DNA of 63,708 nt, filler included, from Reticulomyxa filosa (Eukaryota > Protista > Foraminifera), in NCBI GenBank assembly GCA_000512085.1. It is 17 parts of 17 records of this genome, joined end to end, with 100 filler letters (N's around TTAATTAATTAA, not from the genome) between each part and the next. Parts side by side here need not be neighbours in the genome. Positions count along the whole stretch, not along the records: positions 27,293 to 29,515 come from ASPP01024745.1; positions 29,616 to 30,775 come from ASPP01027093.1; positions 30,876 to 31,906 come from ASPP01016996.1; positions 32,007 to 51,333 come from ASPP01018909.1; 13 more parts are not named here. One strand, given 5' to 3'. The notes under the pieces are model-generated. The model was not told where the DNA came from, ran no database searches, and worked only from the letters and a program-made list of their open reading frames with translations. This document shows, in pieces, positions 27,890 through 40,311 of this stretch; the first letter of the stretch is position 1; the number at the start of each line of letters is the position of its first letter. Made by a program: the position numbers and the translations under genes.

Positions 27890-29480
27890 ATGCACCAGCT
27901 TCACTTTATCTTTGCATACTGGCACTGCAACCACCACAGTCACTTTCCACAGGTACTGTATTCTTTCGAGGCCTATGTTATATACGTGGTATTGATCATA
28001 TATATTTCAATTTCAATCACATCACAAAAAAACATTATAACTTGGAATATAGGTTGCGCATATGCTCAACATAATAACTAGATCACCACTTTCAATATAT
28101 CATGAGCCATATCACATATGGACCTTTACTTTTTTTTTTCAAATTGTACGTATTCAAAACGCAAACCATGGCCCATATTGGACGCACGCCGCCATTATAG
28201 ATACTTGTTCATAACAAACAAATAAATGTATTGGAAAAATGGCAGGCGCGTGAGTTGTAGTGCAGCTTCAATGATTTGACATATTATGTTTCTTTAACAC
28301 AATTCGACAATGAGGTTACCACTTTTCCATGTATGCAACACTCGATATTGTTGTGGTTGCTGTCACAGTTGCCATTGTACTGGGAATTCGCTGCAACACA
28401 AATGGCAATGTAAATATGAAAAAAAGTGTTTATCCACATTACAAAATTTCATTGATACAAATTGGAATATCTATTAAAAAATTTCAAGCAACACATATCA
28501 CATACATACAAATAAATAATCAATATACGTATAAAGATGTTGCCATTAGTTTGAACATGTACATATAAAAAAAAAAATTGTACATATAAAAAACTTTTTC
28601 AAGCGATGGATCCAAACACAATTATAACAGGTAACAGGGACTTGGAACAGGCGCACTAAATGACCAACTAAATAACAACAAGCCAGTGTCGAAGGAGGGG
28701 CTCGACTGCTGACATAAATGTTGTCCACACATCCATCCAGAGGCCCAGCGTCACCAGCACATTGACAATATCCACAATTTTTTTCTTGATTTGATAAGTA
28801 ATGGACCAGTTTTTGAATCGTCCATCAAATTATCGACTGGCACGACGTTGTTCCCTTTGTAACAAATTTGCACAACATTAGCTCTTCAGTGCATACCAAA
28901 GCAAGTCGTGGAATATGGCATTGGCACTCAAATATTGGTGCAACCAACATCAATCAACTGCATTGAACAATTGACAAATGCCATGGACTGCGTTTTGTCG
29001 TCGTCGTCGTCATTACAGGTATCACTGACGCCGCAATTGGCATTGTCACAAATGTCAAGAAGTTTCCATTGGATGCCGCATTATATGAAATCAGTTCATG
29101 CATAAGAATGCGCAAAGCCGCCGCTCGCGGATGTGAATCCATTTTAATAACGAAAGTAAAATCGACACAATATCTTTTTTACTTTGAAAAAAACAAATTC
29201 AACGCAGTATTCTCGGAACCTTCGTTCTATTCATCCTCATCCTCCTATCTTCTGGTTTGATGGTGATGTTGGCTTGAGTTTCCACTAAATTGAGCAACGA
29301 TATCGGAAGGATAGTTCCATGTGAGAGTGGCTAACTCGATCGTCATGTGCGCTTATTTATTTTTTACAACGTCCGTGCCATATTCTCCTTTGTCTTTCAT
29401 TCCTTCTACCAATCCAGTCGCTGTTGTTGTTGTTGCAAGCAATTATCGATACGTTTCCATTTTTGAGCGATATTATCAAA
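27890..29480 (-). repeat. Copy of the dispersed decayed family, colinear with 2450-3960
   Basis: TTATAACTTGGAATA occurs at ~2570 and ~28036. GTACATATAAAAAA(A)CTTTTTCAAGC.ATGG.TCCAA occurs at ~2854 and ~28580. TGCTGACATAAA and GACTGGCACGAC are also shared. Confidence 0.8.
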
Positions 29481-29515
<35 letters not shown>

Positions 29516-29615
29516 NNNNNNNNNNNNNNNNNNNNNNNNNNNNNNNNNNNNNNNNNNNNTTAATTAATTAANNNNNNNNNNNNNNNNNNNNNNNNNNNNN
29601 NNNNNNNNNNNNNNN

Positions 29616-30530
29616 ATCCATCGCCACTCCTTCTAATACACAAAAATGCAATGCTCATCCATGACTTCTGATGAGGCTTGGTCACACATATCACCGAAGA
29701 GCGCCCACACAAAGCAGATAACGGCGCACAATCGCTCATGAAAGATGATGCATCCACATTGACTAATCGCAAATCGACGAAATTGGTCCATTGTCGATAT
29801 CCTCCATTTGTGCCAAAAAAGTAGAATACGCCATTAAAGTTCATTCATTTCGAATACTTGAATGTTCGTTTGTTGCCTTCAGGACCATCGTCTTCGCCGG
29901 TGAGTCGGCTCCAGATACAATTGTACTATAAATTCCGAGTCCATGACATTGCAAATAGTGATATGAATTCGAACTAGGGCCAAATTTGAACAATCGAAAT
30001 TTGCTGAAAGTTTGATTCATTACAATGTTATATGGGATTGTCCATGTATGCGTCGCACCCTTTCGACTCGGCGACTGGTCGTTGTTGTTAGTAATAAGGT
30101 CCACATATTGCCCATTCACATCATCCGTGCTATTATCACTTGCTTTAAATTTCCAATTGCGCAAGCATTCGTTATCAAATATAATGAAGTATCTTTTTTT
30201 ATATGTAAAATTATTTAATTAAATTATTCATTGGACGACATACAAAATAAAAACAAATAAAATTAGTCAAAACTTCAATTGGTAATTAGCGGGAATAATA
30301 TTGATATTTTTAAAGTGAATGACAAACCATGGAAATCCCTTTGGATCTTTAACACAACGAGCAGGCTTGTTGTCTGCGGTGAAAGACGAATACAACACAA
30401 GAATGTGTCCACACAATGCCCGACTTTGACACGTATCCACTCCTTTGCTCATGCCCAATCGATTGCAAACGCCATTTGTATCAAAATCGCATGAATAAGC
30501 AAATGGTAGCGATCCTTTATGTAGTGTCCC
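29616..30530 (-). pseudogene. Tandem HECTD1-type SUN/galactose-binding-like domains, degenerate
   Basis: First domain: DFDTNGV...LG..; PWFVIHFKNINIIPANYQL; LRNWKFKAS..NDQS..KGATHTW..FRL...GP..YHYLQCHGLGIY. A second domain begins FNGVFYFFGTNGG..W.N..LVNVDASS..LCGR..CVTKP...SWMSI. Frameshifts are present. Confidence 0.7.
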
Positions 30531-30922
30531 AGTATTTGCATTTCAACACAATTAAAAATACAACAACAAACAACTATTGTATTATTGTAAATGTGTTAAT
30601 TGTTATTTGTTTATTTATTTAATTAAATTGAAATAAAAAAAAAGATTTTATACAAACCTTTGCTTTTGTGTTGCAACACTGGTTCTTGAAGCTCACCATG
30701 TATTACAAATTCTGATATTGCCAAAAACTATCATTGTTATTATTATTATTATTTTAATTTGTCATTACCACACACNNNNNNNNNNNNNNNNNNNNNNNNN
30801 NNNNNNNNNNNNNNNNNNNTTAATTAATTAANNNNNNNNNNNNNNNNNNNNNNNNNNNNNNNNNNNNNNNNNNNNTATATATATATAATATATATATATG
30901 ATATTGTTTGTTGTTAAATAAG

Positions 30923-31906
30923 ATCACTTGTCATTCCGTATTGCCAAGACAGTGCACTTTAGCGTGATAGCCTCACCAACGTATCAAACTGGTGAGGACT
31001 ACTCGAAACAAGTGTCCGAGTACTTGTTGTCCAATAACGTGAATCTGCGCAAAAGCGTGCGGTATCACCAGTGCACGTGGAAAGGGCAAATTGTCGCCAT
31101 CCCCATCACACACTCCACATTGGCGCATGACTTTGGTCATGTGAGCATTGACGGCAATGGCGATCGAAATGGAATGCATCACCATCAGCAGGGCAAGAGA
31201 GACTCAAAGAAGACGCTCGCAAACAAGCCGATGCGGTGTCACGCCTCAAACATTTTGGCCAATTTCTATGAAATGAAAAAGCACTTTGGTCACGGCGGTG
31301 AGCACATCAAAGGTCATTTGAAGCGGCAAATGCAAACCATCAAGCATTGGTTGTACATTGTCGTGGTCAAGGTCGATCCAATGTCGAGTGAGCTCACTAG
31401 CAAGTCGTCTGGCGCAAAGGAGGTCGAGGAGGAAGGTAATGATGACGACGACGACGACGACGACAACGATGATGGTGATGATGATGAAGAAGGAGAAGAA
31501 GAAAATCACGCCAAGTCTATCGCAAAGCGCTACTTCAGAATGCTACCTACGGTCACACATTTCGAGCAAGTGAGCCAAGGTGGTGTATGTGTATACATTT
31601 GCTGTTTTTTTTTTTTTACAATAATATATATATATATATATATACATATATGCATATATGTATGCATAGTGTCAAATATGAGACATCCTCGCATATTGGA
31701 GTACTGCACCAGCCCGGCGATAATGGAGTCGTTTTTTAATCCGCGATATGCGCGCAGGAACAAACTGATGTATCACAATTTCAACCACATGTCTCGACTG
31801 CCTCCATTTCTCCAGGAAATTAACGAGACGTTGCTTGCCTCTTTCGTGATGCAAGACGCAGGGGGTGCCTCCACCATCACCACCACCACCACCACCACCA
31901 CCACCA
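30923..31906 (+). CDS. Hypothetical protein, internal fragment (one TA-rich intron at about 31582-31668)
   Basis: GC-richer open frame with an acidic (GAC/GAT)n tract and a poly-Thr end; no recognisable domain. Confidence 0.6.
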
Positions 31907-32006
31907 NNNNNNNNNNNNNNNNNNNNNNNNNNNNNNNNNNNNNNNNNNNNTTAATTAATTAANNNNNNNNNNNNNNNNNNNNNNNNNNNNNNNNNNNNNN
32001 NNNNNN

Positions 32007-32041
<35 letters not shown>

Positions 32042-32044
<3 letters not shown>

Positions 32045-34436
32045 GAAACACAAGCAGATGGTGGACTTGGCGCGTCACCTACATCCGGACCGTCGGGAAC
32101 AACATTGCAGTTTGGATTGCAAATGGGACAAGCAATGGGATTGAACAATGGTGGATCACAAGGAAGCGGAGGAGGAAATGGAGTACGAATAGGAGGAGGA
32201 GTAGGGGGAATAGGAGGAATAGGAGGAATAGGAGGAATTGGGGGAGTAGGAGTAGGAGTAGGAGTAGGAGTAGGAGGAAGAAGCGGCGGTGGAGGTGGAA
32301 GCAACGCGACAGTGAATAACGGACTACTGCTAAATGGAATGCCCACAGTGTCTGGGTTTTCTCCGATCCCGACGATGGTGAATTATGACAGCGGTGGCAA
32401 TGAAATGACTATGATGGACCCCAAGGCATATCCGTCCGACTATTGGATGCAATCGTCCTTCGCGATGCCAATATCGCAATACATGCCCATGGACTTTGGT
32501 ATGCAAGGCACCGGCGGCATGTATCCCACGGACACGTCGGGGCTTTACGGCATCAACTCGTACACGACAACAGATGACGTCATGTCATCACAGATGGCCA
32601 TGGGCGATTACAACAGCATGTCCATGATGTCCTCCGGAGGAGGAGGAGGAGGAGGCGGAGTAGGCATGGGTATGAACATGGGTATGGGAATGGGTATGAA
32701 TATGAACATGGGTATGGGCATGGGTATGAACATGGGATGGGCATGGGAGGAGTTGGAGAAAATGGGATAATGGGCCTTCGGACATGGGCAATCAGCAAAC
32801 ATCAGCATCGGGAAGACGACGACAAAAACAGCCTGGTGGACAGCGTATTAACTCGTCTACACGTAACTCTCGTCGTGGCAAGCAACATCAACAACAACAC
32901 CACCACAACCACAACCACAACCACCATCATCATCAACAACAACAACAACAACAACACCATCATCATCATTCCTCTTCTGGAAACGCCGGTACATCTTCCA
33001 ATCCCAATCGAAATGAGTCATCATCATCTTTGGATAGACATCCACACAAAGGACAGAACCAAATGCAAGTGCAGGGACAAGAGGGCCAGGGCCAGGGCCA
33101 CGAACAGGACAACGGACAGAATGTAGAGGCCAGTGACATGGGCATGACATTCGAACGGGAAAATGTGCCGCTAATGGACTTGGTGAAGAATGAGCTAATC
33201 GAAAAATGCGCGCGTGATCAACATGGATCGCGCTACATTCAAAGGGCTTTGGAAACGGCCACATTGGTGGAAAAGTCGGCCGTGTTCAAGCAGATTGAAA
33301 AATGCGCGCTCGGACTATGCGAAGATGTGTTTGGCAACTATGTCATTCAAAAGTTCTTTGAACATGGCACGGACAACCACAAAATCACATTGGCCAAGAT
33401 GCTCGTCGGACGAGTGCTGCCTTTGACCAAGTCCATGTATGGGTGTCGTGTCATTCAGAAAGCCTTGGAGTCGGTCGACCAGAACTTGCGAATTGCTTTG
33501 GTGAGCGAGTTGGATGGGCATGTGGAAGAGTGCGTGCGCGATCAAAATGGAAATCATGTCATTCAAAAAGCTATTGAGGAAGTGTCCCCGGAAAACTTGG
33601 ACTTTATTGTCAATACCTTCCATGGCAAGGTCTACGATTTTAGCACTCATCCCTATGGCTGTCGCGTCATCCAACGCTTGCTCGAACGATGCACTCTGGA
33701 ACAAAAGGAACCCTTGCTCCACGAAATCTTAAAACAGGTGTCCACATTGAGCAAAGATCAATACGGAAATTACGTCGTTCAACATATGCTGCAACACGGA
33801 ACCCCTAAAGTGCGCGCCACCATTATTGAAATTGTTGCCAACAATATCATCTCCATGTCGCGACAAAAATTCTCAAGGTATCTCAGAACATTTATATTTT
33901 CGTTCACAAACTTACTTATTTGTGTGTTTATTTATATATATGTACATATATAATACATACGTATATATAAATCTTTCAGTAACGTGGTTGAAAAATTGTT
34001 CACTCATTCCACTGATGAAGAAAAAGACTTTTTGATTGAACATATCATGGGATTCCAAAGCGAAGCGTTTAGAACTTGTTGTTTTTTTTTTTTTTTTTTT
34101 TTCCTCTCATGTTACTACTGTTCTTCATGAATATTACATTGATTTTCACACACATATATGCACAAAAAAAGACCTCCTATCGTTCAAATGGTAAGGGATC
34201 AATATGGCAATTATGTGATCCAAAAAATCTTGGAGGTTGCAAGTCCGCAACAGAGAAACAGATTAATCAACCGAATATTTGAACTTGTGCCAAACCTACG
34301 CAAACTTATGTTTGGTAAACACATTATCAACAAAATTGAACGTATTACTGGAAAGTTGAGTGATCCACAAAGCACTCCGGAAGAAGGGAGAAAAAAGAGA
34401 CACGTCAAAGAAAAAAAAATGCCAAAAGCCACGTAA
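32042..34436 (+). CDS. PUM: Pumilio/PUF RNA-binding protein; low-complexity G/M/Q/H N-terminus; introns 33878-33979 and 34067-34171
   Basis: Eight PUF repeats: DQHGSRYIQ, DVFGNYVIQ, YGCRVIQ, DQNGNHVIQ, HPYGCRVIQ, DQYGNYVVQ, KFSSNVVEK (spliced) and DQYGNYVIQ. The GT-AG introns restore the frame. Frameshifts near 32740-32785 in the repeat tract are probably read errors. Confidence 0.95.
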
Positions 34437-35223
34437 CGAGTGACAAACAAAAAACAAAAAATGAAAAAATGTGAACATGCAAAAATGAAAAGTTAAAACA
34501 AAAAAAAAGAGAGAATAATTGTGTGTTGTATATATAGCCAGTACAAATGAAGAGGAAAAAAACCATCGGTACAAAAGGTGTTTGTTTGCTTTTCTTTTTT
34601 TTTTGTTAGAGAATAAATGGACCTTGTCTCAGCTGGTTTTTTTCTTTTACCAAAATTAGAGCGCATACACTTTTCGTAATAAAATTTTTTTTTTTTTTTT
34701 TTTGTGTTGTTATGTTTTCGTGTATCAAAGCATGTTTTGTGAGAACTATTGCAATAAATTGCGTGTTTATATGTGCAACCCAGTAATATTTTGTATATGT
34801 GTGTAAAAACAAAGCTGTTGATCTAAGCATCTCTCGGTTAAATATTTGTATTTGTTTTTGTACTTTTACAAACAAAAAAAATACGGTGTACTTTGTCCAC
34901 ACTGTGATATGATTCATGCTTCTTTCTTTTTTTTTTTTAGTTCATTTTGTTGTGTTGTCTGGATGAGTTTTCAAAATTCCCTTTCCTCCCATGGCAAAAA
35001 GCAAAAGTGACTAATTTTTCATTATCACAATAAATCCCATTTTTTGTTTTTTTGTTGTCATTGCGGTTATTGTGCTTGACTTTTGAGAAACAGTTTTCAA
35101 TTTTATTCCTTGAAATTGCATCTTGGTTGATTTAAATATTCAATATTGTCTTCAATTGACTCATAAATATTCTCATAAAATCATTCACCGTAAAAGCAAT
35201 GGGGTTCCGATATAAGTGTAATA

Positions 35224-38176
35224 ATGGATACCGCTCTTACTCTCAAATGGCATAAAGATCAGCTGTACCTATTAAATTTAGAGGTAATACACATTGCTAA
35301 CTATGTTTTTATCTTTGCAAAGCATGGTATATGCTTGTTAAAAGTTCGATTCATTGTCTGAAGCCTCAGAGAAACCTGGCAATATGTCAGATTTGCTTGA
35401 TCTTTCTGAAGAGACTGATCAAAGTGCAGAGATTTTAGCCAACTCAAGTTTACTTTATGGCAAAGAAAAGAAGCATAAAAACAAAAGTAAAAATGAAAAA
35501 CAAAATGGCAAAAAATTTTCAAAGAATAATCTTAATTCTACAGGATCTAAATCCCCCCAGACCTCCAAATCGCAAGTAAAAGAAGGTAAGATGAATACCC
35601 AAAGCATTCCATCGAAAGAACTTGACGTGGAAAGTCCTCAAGGGGCCATCTTCAATCTCCAAAAAGATGAACTCAGCGAAGAGTTTAAAAACTTAAATAT
35701 TAACAAAGAAAGCAAATTGAATGCAACAGATAGTGCAGTCAACAATGATATAACAGCACTATCACTCTCCCAAAACATCTCAGAAAGTTTTGAGACCTTG
35801 TTGGCACAAATACAGAAGATGGATCACTCAAAGCCGTCAAGTAAAGAGTCGACACAATCACCAAAGCAACAATCTCCACATTGCACTCGAGCTATTGCAG
35901 AAACAACAAAAAAGTTAAATGACCTGTACAACTTCGGCTTGAAGAATTCGAACAAAAAGAGTGAAAAAAAAAGTAACGTTGCTAGTCAAATGAAAAATGA
36001 ATTTACCGACAAAAATCAACAAGCTTTATTCGAAACTATGGAGCCAGTAACAAACAGAGTAATTTCAGAGTCCCCTGCAAAAAAACAGCGGCAAGACAAC
36101 ACTAAGGGAAATAAATCAAATGTTGTCGATTTAAAGGATATCAATAATGGTAAAGCGGCAGACATCACTGTTGAAGAAAAAAAGATAGTGATCGAGGAAA
36201 GTAATTTTGTGTCACTTGAAAACTTGGACCTGTATATACACAATGCTCTATCAAGTGCATTACATACTTACCAATCAAAACTTTCAAACACTTGTCCACC
36301 GTTGGTGACCTCAAATATTAGTGATGGTGATTTTTGTCCCAAATCAAATAATCCTCCCTTGCTCAATCCGTCACTAGTGAACGCTGAGACAAGTTGCAAA
36401 ACTCAGACTAACCATTGCAATGTTAATCAGTCTCAAGTTCGAACAATGGACAATGAATTCCTTGACATTCCTATTCCAGTTGATCATCGCACAAAACTGT
36501 GGAATCACAAATTAGAATGGAACATAAATTTAATCAAGTCCAAAAAATGCATGATTGGGGGCGACCTGGCAAGGGCGTGTTGTGAAACGACGCGTTTAGA
36601 AAAAATGCTTAGCGAACAAAAATTGTTTCTACAAAATTCCTTTTTTTGGAACACTGAAAATCACAAGATTGCAGATTTTTTAAACGATTCGTGTTTATCT
36701 TCACGGACAACTGGTGTCAAAAACAAGCCTAATGTATTTGACGCATTGCATGCACAAGCACAAACTCTTCGCCGGTTTCAGACTAACAATAAACAAATTC
36801 CAAAGAACTACGGACTTCCTTCAAACGAGTATGTTGAAAAAATAGATAGTATAAAAGTACCACTTGGAACAAAAAGAAGGAGATCGCTACAATTAGTACG
36901 TTATTTTTATTTACACTTTTGAACTTCAATTTTTGCTTTTCCCTCTTGTCTTGTTGTAACAGTTTATTGACAACAATAAAATTTTCAGTTGTATAATATC
37001 TTAAGTCGTGGCAGTCAACAAATAATTGAAGAAGAATTTGTTAACGCGCTGGAAGAATATGTTTTAGCAGGTGTGAGTTTTACTACCAATGCTCGATACA
37101 GTACAAATAATTAGAAAACAAATTTAAAACAGAATTTGAAATCGATGAAGTCGACGTTTTAAAAGGATATTTACCAAAACTTTGGAATATTATTTTACGT
37201 TATGCACGCTATCATGAAAATTCTTCGCGGACCATTACATTTGCAAACTTTTCAAAGTTAATTCTACGCACAATCTCAACTTTTCCTTTGTCAAAAAAAA
37301 AAGGGGACATTGCATTATATATTGTACAATCTTGAACACAAGGCACGTTGCATTGGTTTTATATCGTGATTATTTTCTCGTTTTGTGTCGTAGCTACTGC
37401 AAATTTTTGGAAGGCTTGTTACAACCTTCTTCAAACGACGATGTTACAGTAATTCAATGTATGGACTTGCACGTGTATGCGTACTTGATATATGCTTGGC
37501 AAAAACCTCCTTGCATTGTGCAACAACAGATTCTGTGAACCCTGATGCATTTCGACTCGCACTAGTGCTACAAAGTCACATTGTCAGGACATATTCGCAC
37601 TGTAGAAAAGCAACAAAATTAGAAAGAGCTTCACAAAGTTCGAGCCGAAGTGCAAGGAGTGATGTTTTTAAAAACGACTCAAGCAGCAGTAGCGCAACTA
37701 CTATTTCTTCTTCTCCTCGCACAATAAATACCATGGAATCACAAAATACATTCGCATCGAATGACTTAGTATTTTCACGGTATAATCAACAAAAAAAACC
37801 ATTTCATTTGACATTTTGAACTTTTCAATGTTGCAATATTACAACAATCTGCATTTATTGTAGATTATATGAGCGAGGGAAGACCTTGCAAAAGAAGAGA
37901 GAAGAAATGATGCTGAAACAACTTCAACGCAGGGACGAAGACAAAGAATGCACTTTTCAGCCAAATATTTCTAAAAAATTAGTACGTTTCTTTGTTATTT
38001 AGGGAACACCAAAAAAAAAGACCAAACAAAAACAAAATTGTGCAAAACATCTAACATAACAGAAAAGTGCTAGAGCCAAACCAGGGAAGTATAGACCTTT
38101 GCGTATAAATTCAATATCTTCAAATAGCTACGCCAACAGATATAGTTTGTGCAACAGCAGTGTTAGTACAGTTTAA
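35224..38176 (+). CDS. Multi-exon hypothetical protein (low-complexity N-half; C-terminal ECTFQPNI motif, possibly cytoskeletal)
   Basis: ATG at 35224 and intron 35284-35344 join the 522-aa ORF in frame. Later exons read LYNILSRGSQQIIEEEFVNALE and YERGKTLQKKREEM..DKECTFQPNISKK. Later exon boundaries are approximate. Confidence 0.7.
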
Positions 38177-38565
38177 ATCGGACTATCGATAGACATTTTC
38201 AATCTTTTAACTCTGTAATAATTGCAATCCCAACTTCTTATTTGTCCAAAAATAATTTCTTATAGCCTCTAATTGGTTGCTTTGTTCATATCAAATGCAA
38301 AACAAGAAAACGCAAAATTTTGTCTTAAAACTATATTTTTGATCACTGTATCGATTGTTGCGTTATTAATGATGTCAAAAAAGGCATAAAAATTTTTCAA
38401 GCAATAAAACTAAATAAAAAATTGATTGAAGTGAACAGGAGAGAAGAAGAAAAAAAAGGGGACAAACAATTTTCAGAAAATTATTGAAAATGAACAAAAA
38501 AAAAAAGAAACAAAAGGTGAAGCATTTTATTTGTTAGGATTTTTAAGAAACGCCTCTACAAAAAT

Positions 38566-38635
38566 CACATGCAAATAGATCACGAAATTTCAGTTCCAAG
38601 AAAAAGTTCAAGGAAAAAAACTTCGATCATATGTG
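38566..38635 (-). promoter_or_regulatory. Candidate SECIS element in the 3' UTR of the selenoprotein gene
   Basis: Minus strand reads CACAT-AUGAU-CGAAGUUUUUUU-CC-UUGAACUUUUUCUU-GG-AACUGAAAUUUCG-UGAU-CUAUUUGC-AUGUG. This gives helix I, an AUGA/UGA non-Watson-Crick quartet and helix II, about 250-315 nt after the stop codon. Confidence 0.7.
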
Positions 38636-38880
38636 TTGAGACGAGTTCAATTTATCAAAGTCATTTTTTTTTCCAAAAAGTTGTAAAAAAAAAAGACAAA
38701 TAAAAACCCCAACAAAAGAGAAAATGCATAAACCAAAATATTCCTTTTTTTTTTAATAAAAAGTATGTACTTTTTTAATGGTGGGCATCCGATGTTGACA
38801 AGACATCTCTTAACCTATAAAAAAAGGACAATTCCCCAAAAAAAATCCCCTTTAATAAAAGTTCATTTTTTTTTTTAGAG

Positions 38881-39635
38881 TTACCTGGATCGGTGGATAA
38901 ATCGTTTAATCAACGGATTGAATCGACTACAAAGGTAAACGACTACCAAAAATATAACAATCTGCAAAATAAAAGTGGCATTGATCCAGAGATTAGAAAC
39001 TTGTTGGGTCCGGGTTTTAGACTCATTGATCAACTTATCTACAAAATTTGCTTGCGGAACAGTGGGCACTTTTTTTTCGTCCACGTTCCGTGCAACAATG
39101 TGGTTGATTTCTTGGCCTTCTTTTTTGGGTTCTTTCTTTGGAAAGTATTTGGAAAACAAGTCGTGCAATTCTTTTTGTCCGCTGCTATGTTTTGCCAAGT
39201 CGATTGACTTACCAACTTGATTCTTCATTGCAGCGTCTGAATAGAGACTGACAACCAAACAAATTTGATTTTTAAGTGGATAGTTTTTTTCAAAAAAAAG
39301 GGTTACATTCACCCCCTTTGTCTCTCCAAAAAAATTTGTTTTTTGTTACGTTACATGAGCTCTGGATCGTGCCCACCAATCCACTCTATGGTTACGTGGT
39401 CGTATTTAACGACACCTTTGTCTCCTTTGAGGAACGACCGAACCTCCGGGAGACGGTTCAATCGTCACCCTGGACATGACTTAATCTTTCCGTAGTACGT
39501 GGTACTCGCACCACTTTGATTTGCGCCCTCACTTTCACCATTAACGAGTGGAAGTTGAGACAAACAAAGAAGGAATAGAAATAGAGTGTATAACACTCCA
39601 ACAAGTCTTGGGGCACATTGCAAATGCCCACTCAT
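38881..39635 (-). CDS. SELENOM: Selenoprotein M / Sep15 family protein, 215 aa, Sec at codon 57 (TGA 39467-39465); exons 39635-39355 and 39247-38881
   Basis: Hydrophobic signal peptide, then GKIKSCPG-U-RLNRLPEVRSFL..VTIEWIGGHDPELI/LYSD..SIDL, matching the SelM CxxU-xLNRLxEVxxF and GxDPEL motifs. A phase-2 GT-AG intron keeps the frame (281+367=648 nt). C-terminal hydrophobic helix ATFILQIVIFLVVVYL. Confidence 0.9.
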
Positions 39636-40311
39636 CTTTCCCAATTCTACCCCCTTTCTAAAAAAACGCCTAGCTTTTTCCCAACTGCAGAAACACTTGT
39701 AACAAAAATTTAGATCGAATGCCAGTATCTAATTTGCCCTTTTTGCAGTTTTTTCTTTTTTGATTTTGAGTACTTATCTAAAAGATCAACTTCCTTCGTT
39801 CATTTAATATGAATAACAAAAGAAGTACAAAAATCGTTGTCAGATATACAATTTGATTTGATCATTTTGTTGGCATTAATCAAATTTTTCTGGATGTTAT
39901 AACATATGCGGACAATAAATTAAGTGTTTATTCATTTTCAGTTATTCATATCCTTCATAATCGTACAACAGCAAAAATTTATTACATTCTATTAATTTGA
40001 ATATAATTTTGTCAAAAGCATCAATCCATACTAATTTTATCTTTAAAGTTTGAATCCAATGTTGAATAACAAATTTTATTTTATTTTTTGACTGTCATTG
40101 TTTATTATAATTCGATCAAATAAGAATGAATTTTATGTGGTAATAACATATCCTAAATTTCTACAATTAAAAAAAAAGAGAAAAAGCAATAATGATAGTT
40201 GTGTATTAATTTGTGTTATCTCTTCTCTCATCAAATAATTTTTAATTTTAATTGAGAACAAAGTATTCAACAAAAATACTTAAAGATGAATTTTATTCAC
40301 AAATAAAAAAA

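Noticed and set aside
28740-28800. UBR-box-like CGYCQCAGDAG peptide
   Set aside because: Not conserved in the same frame in the homologous copy at ~3280-3330.
32737-32790. Programmed frameshifting in Pumilio (and in ALDH near 54100)
   Set aside because: The shifts fall in short repeats or homopolymers where read errors are expected; no slippery-site plus stimulatory structure was seen.
31951-33722. Pro-rich and other antisense or alternate-frame ORFs over the Pumilio gene
   Set aside because: They are reverse complements or alternate frames of the Gly/Met/Gln/His low-complexity codons.
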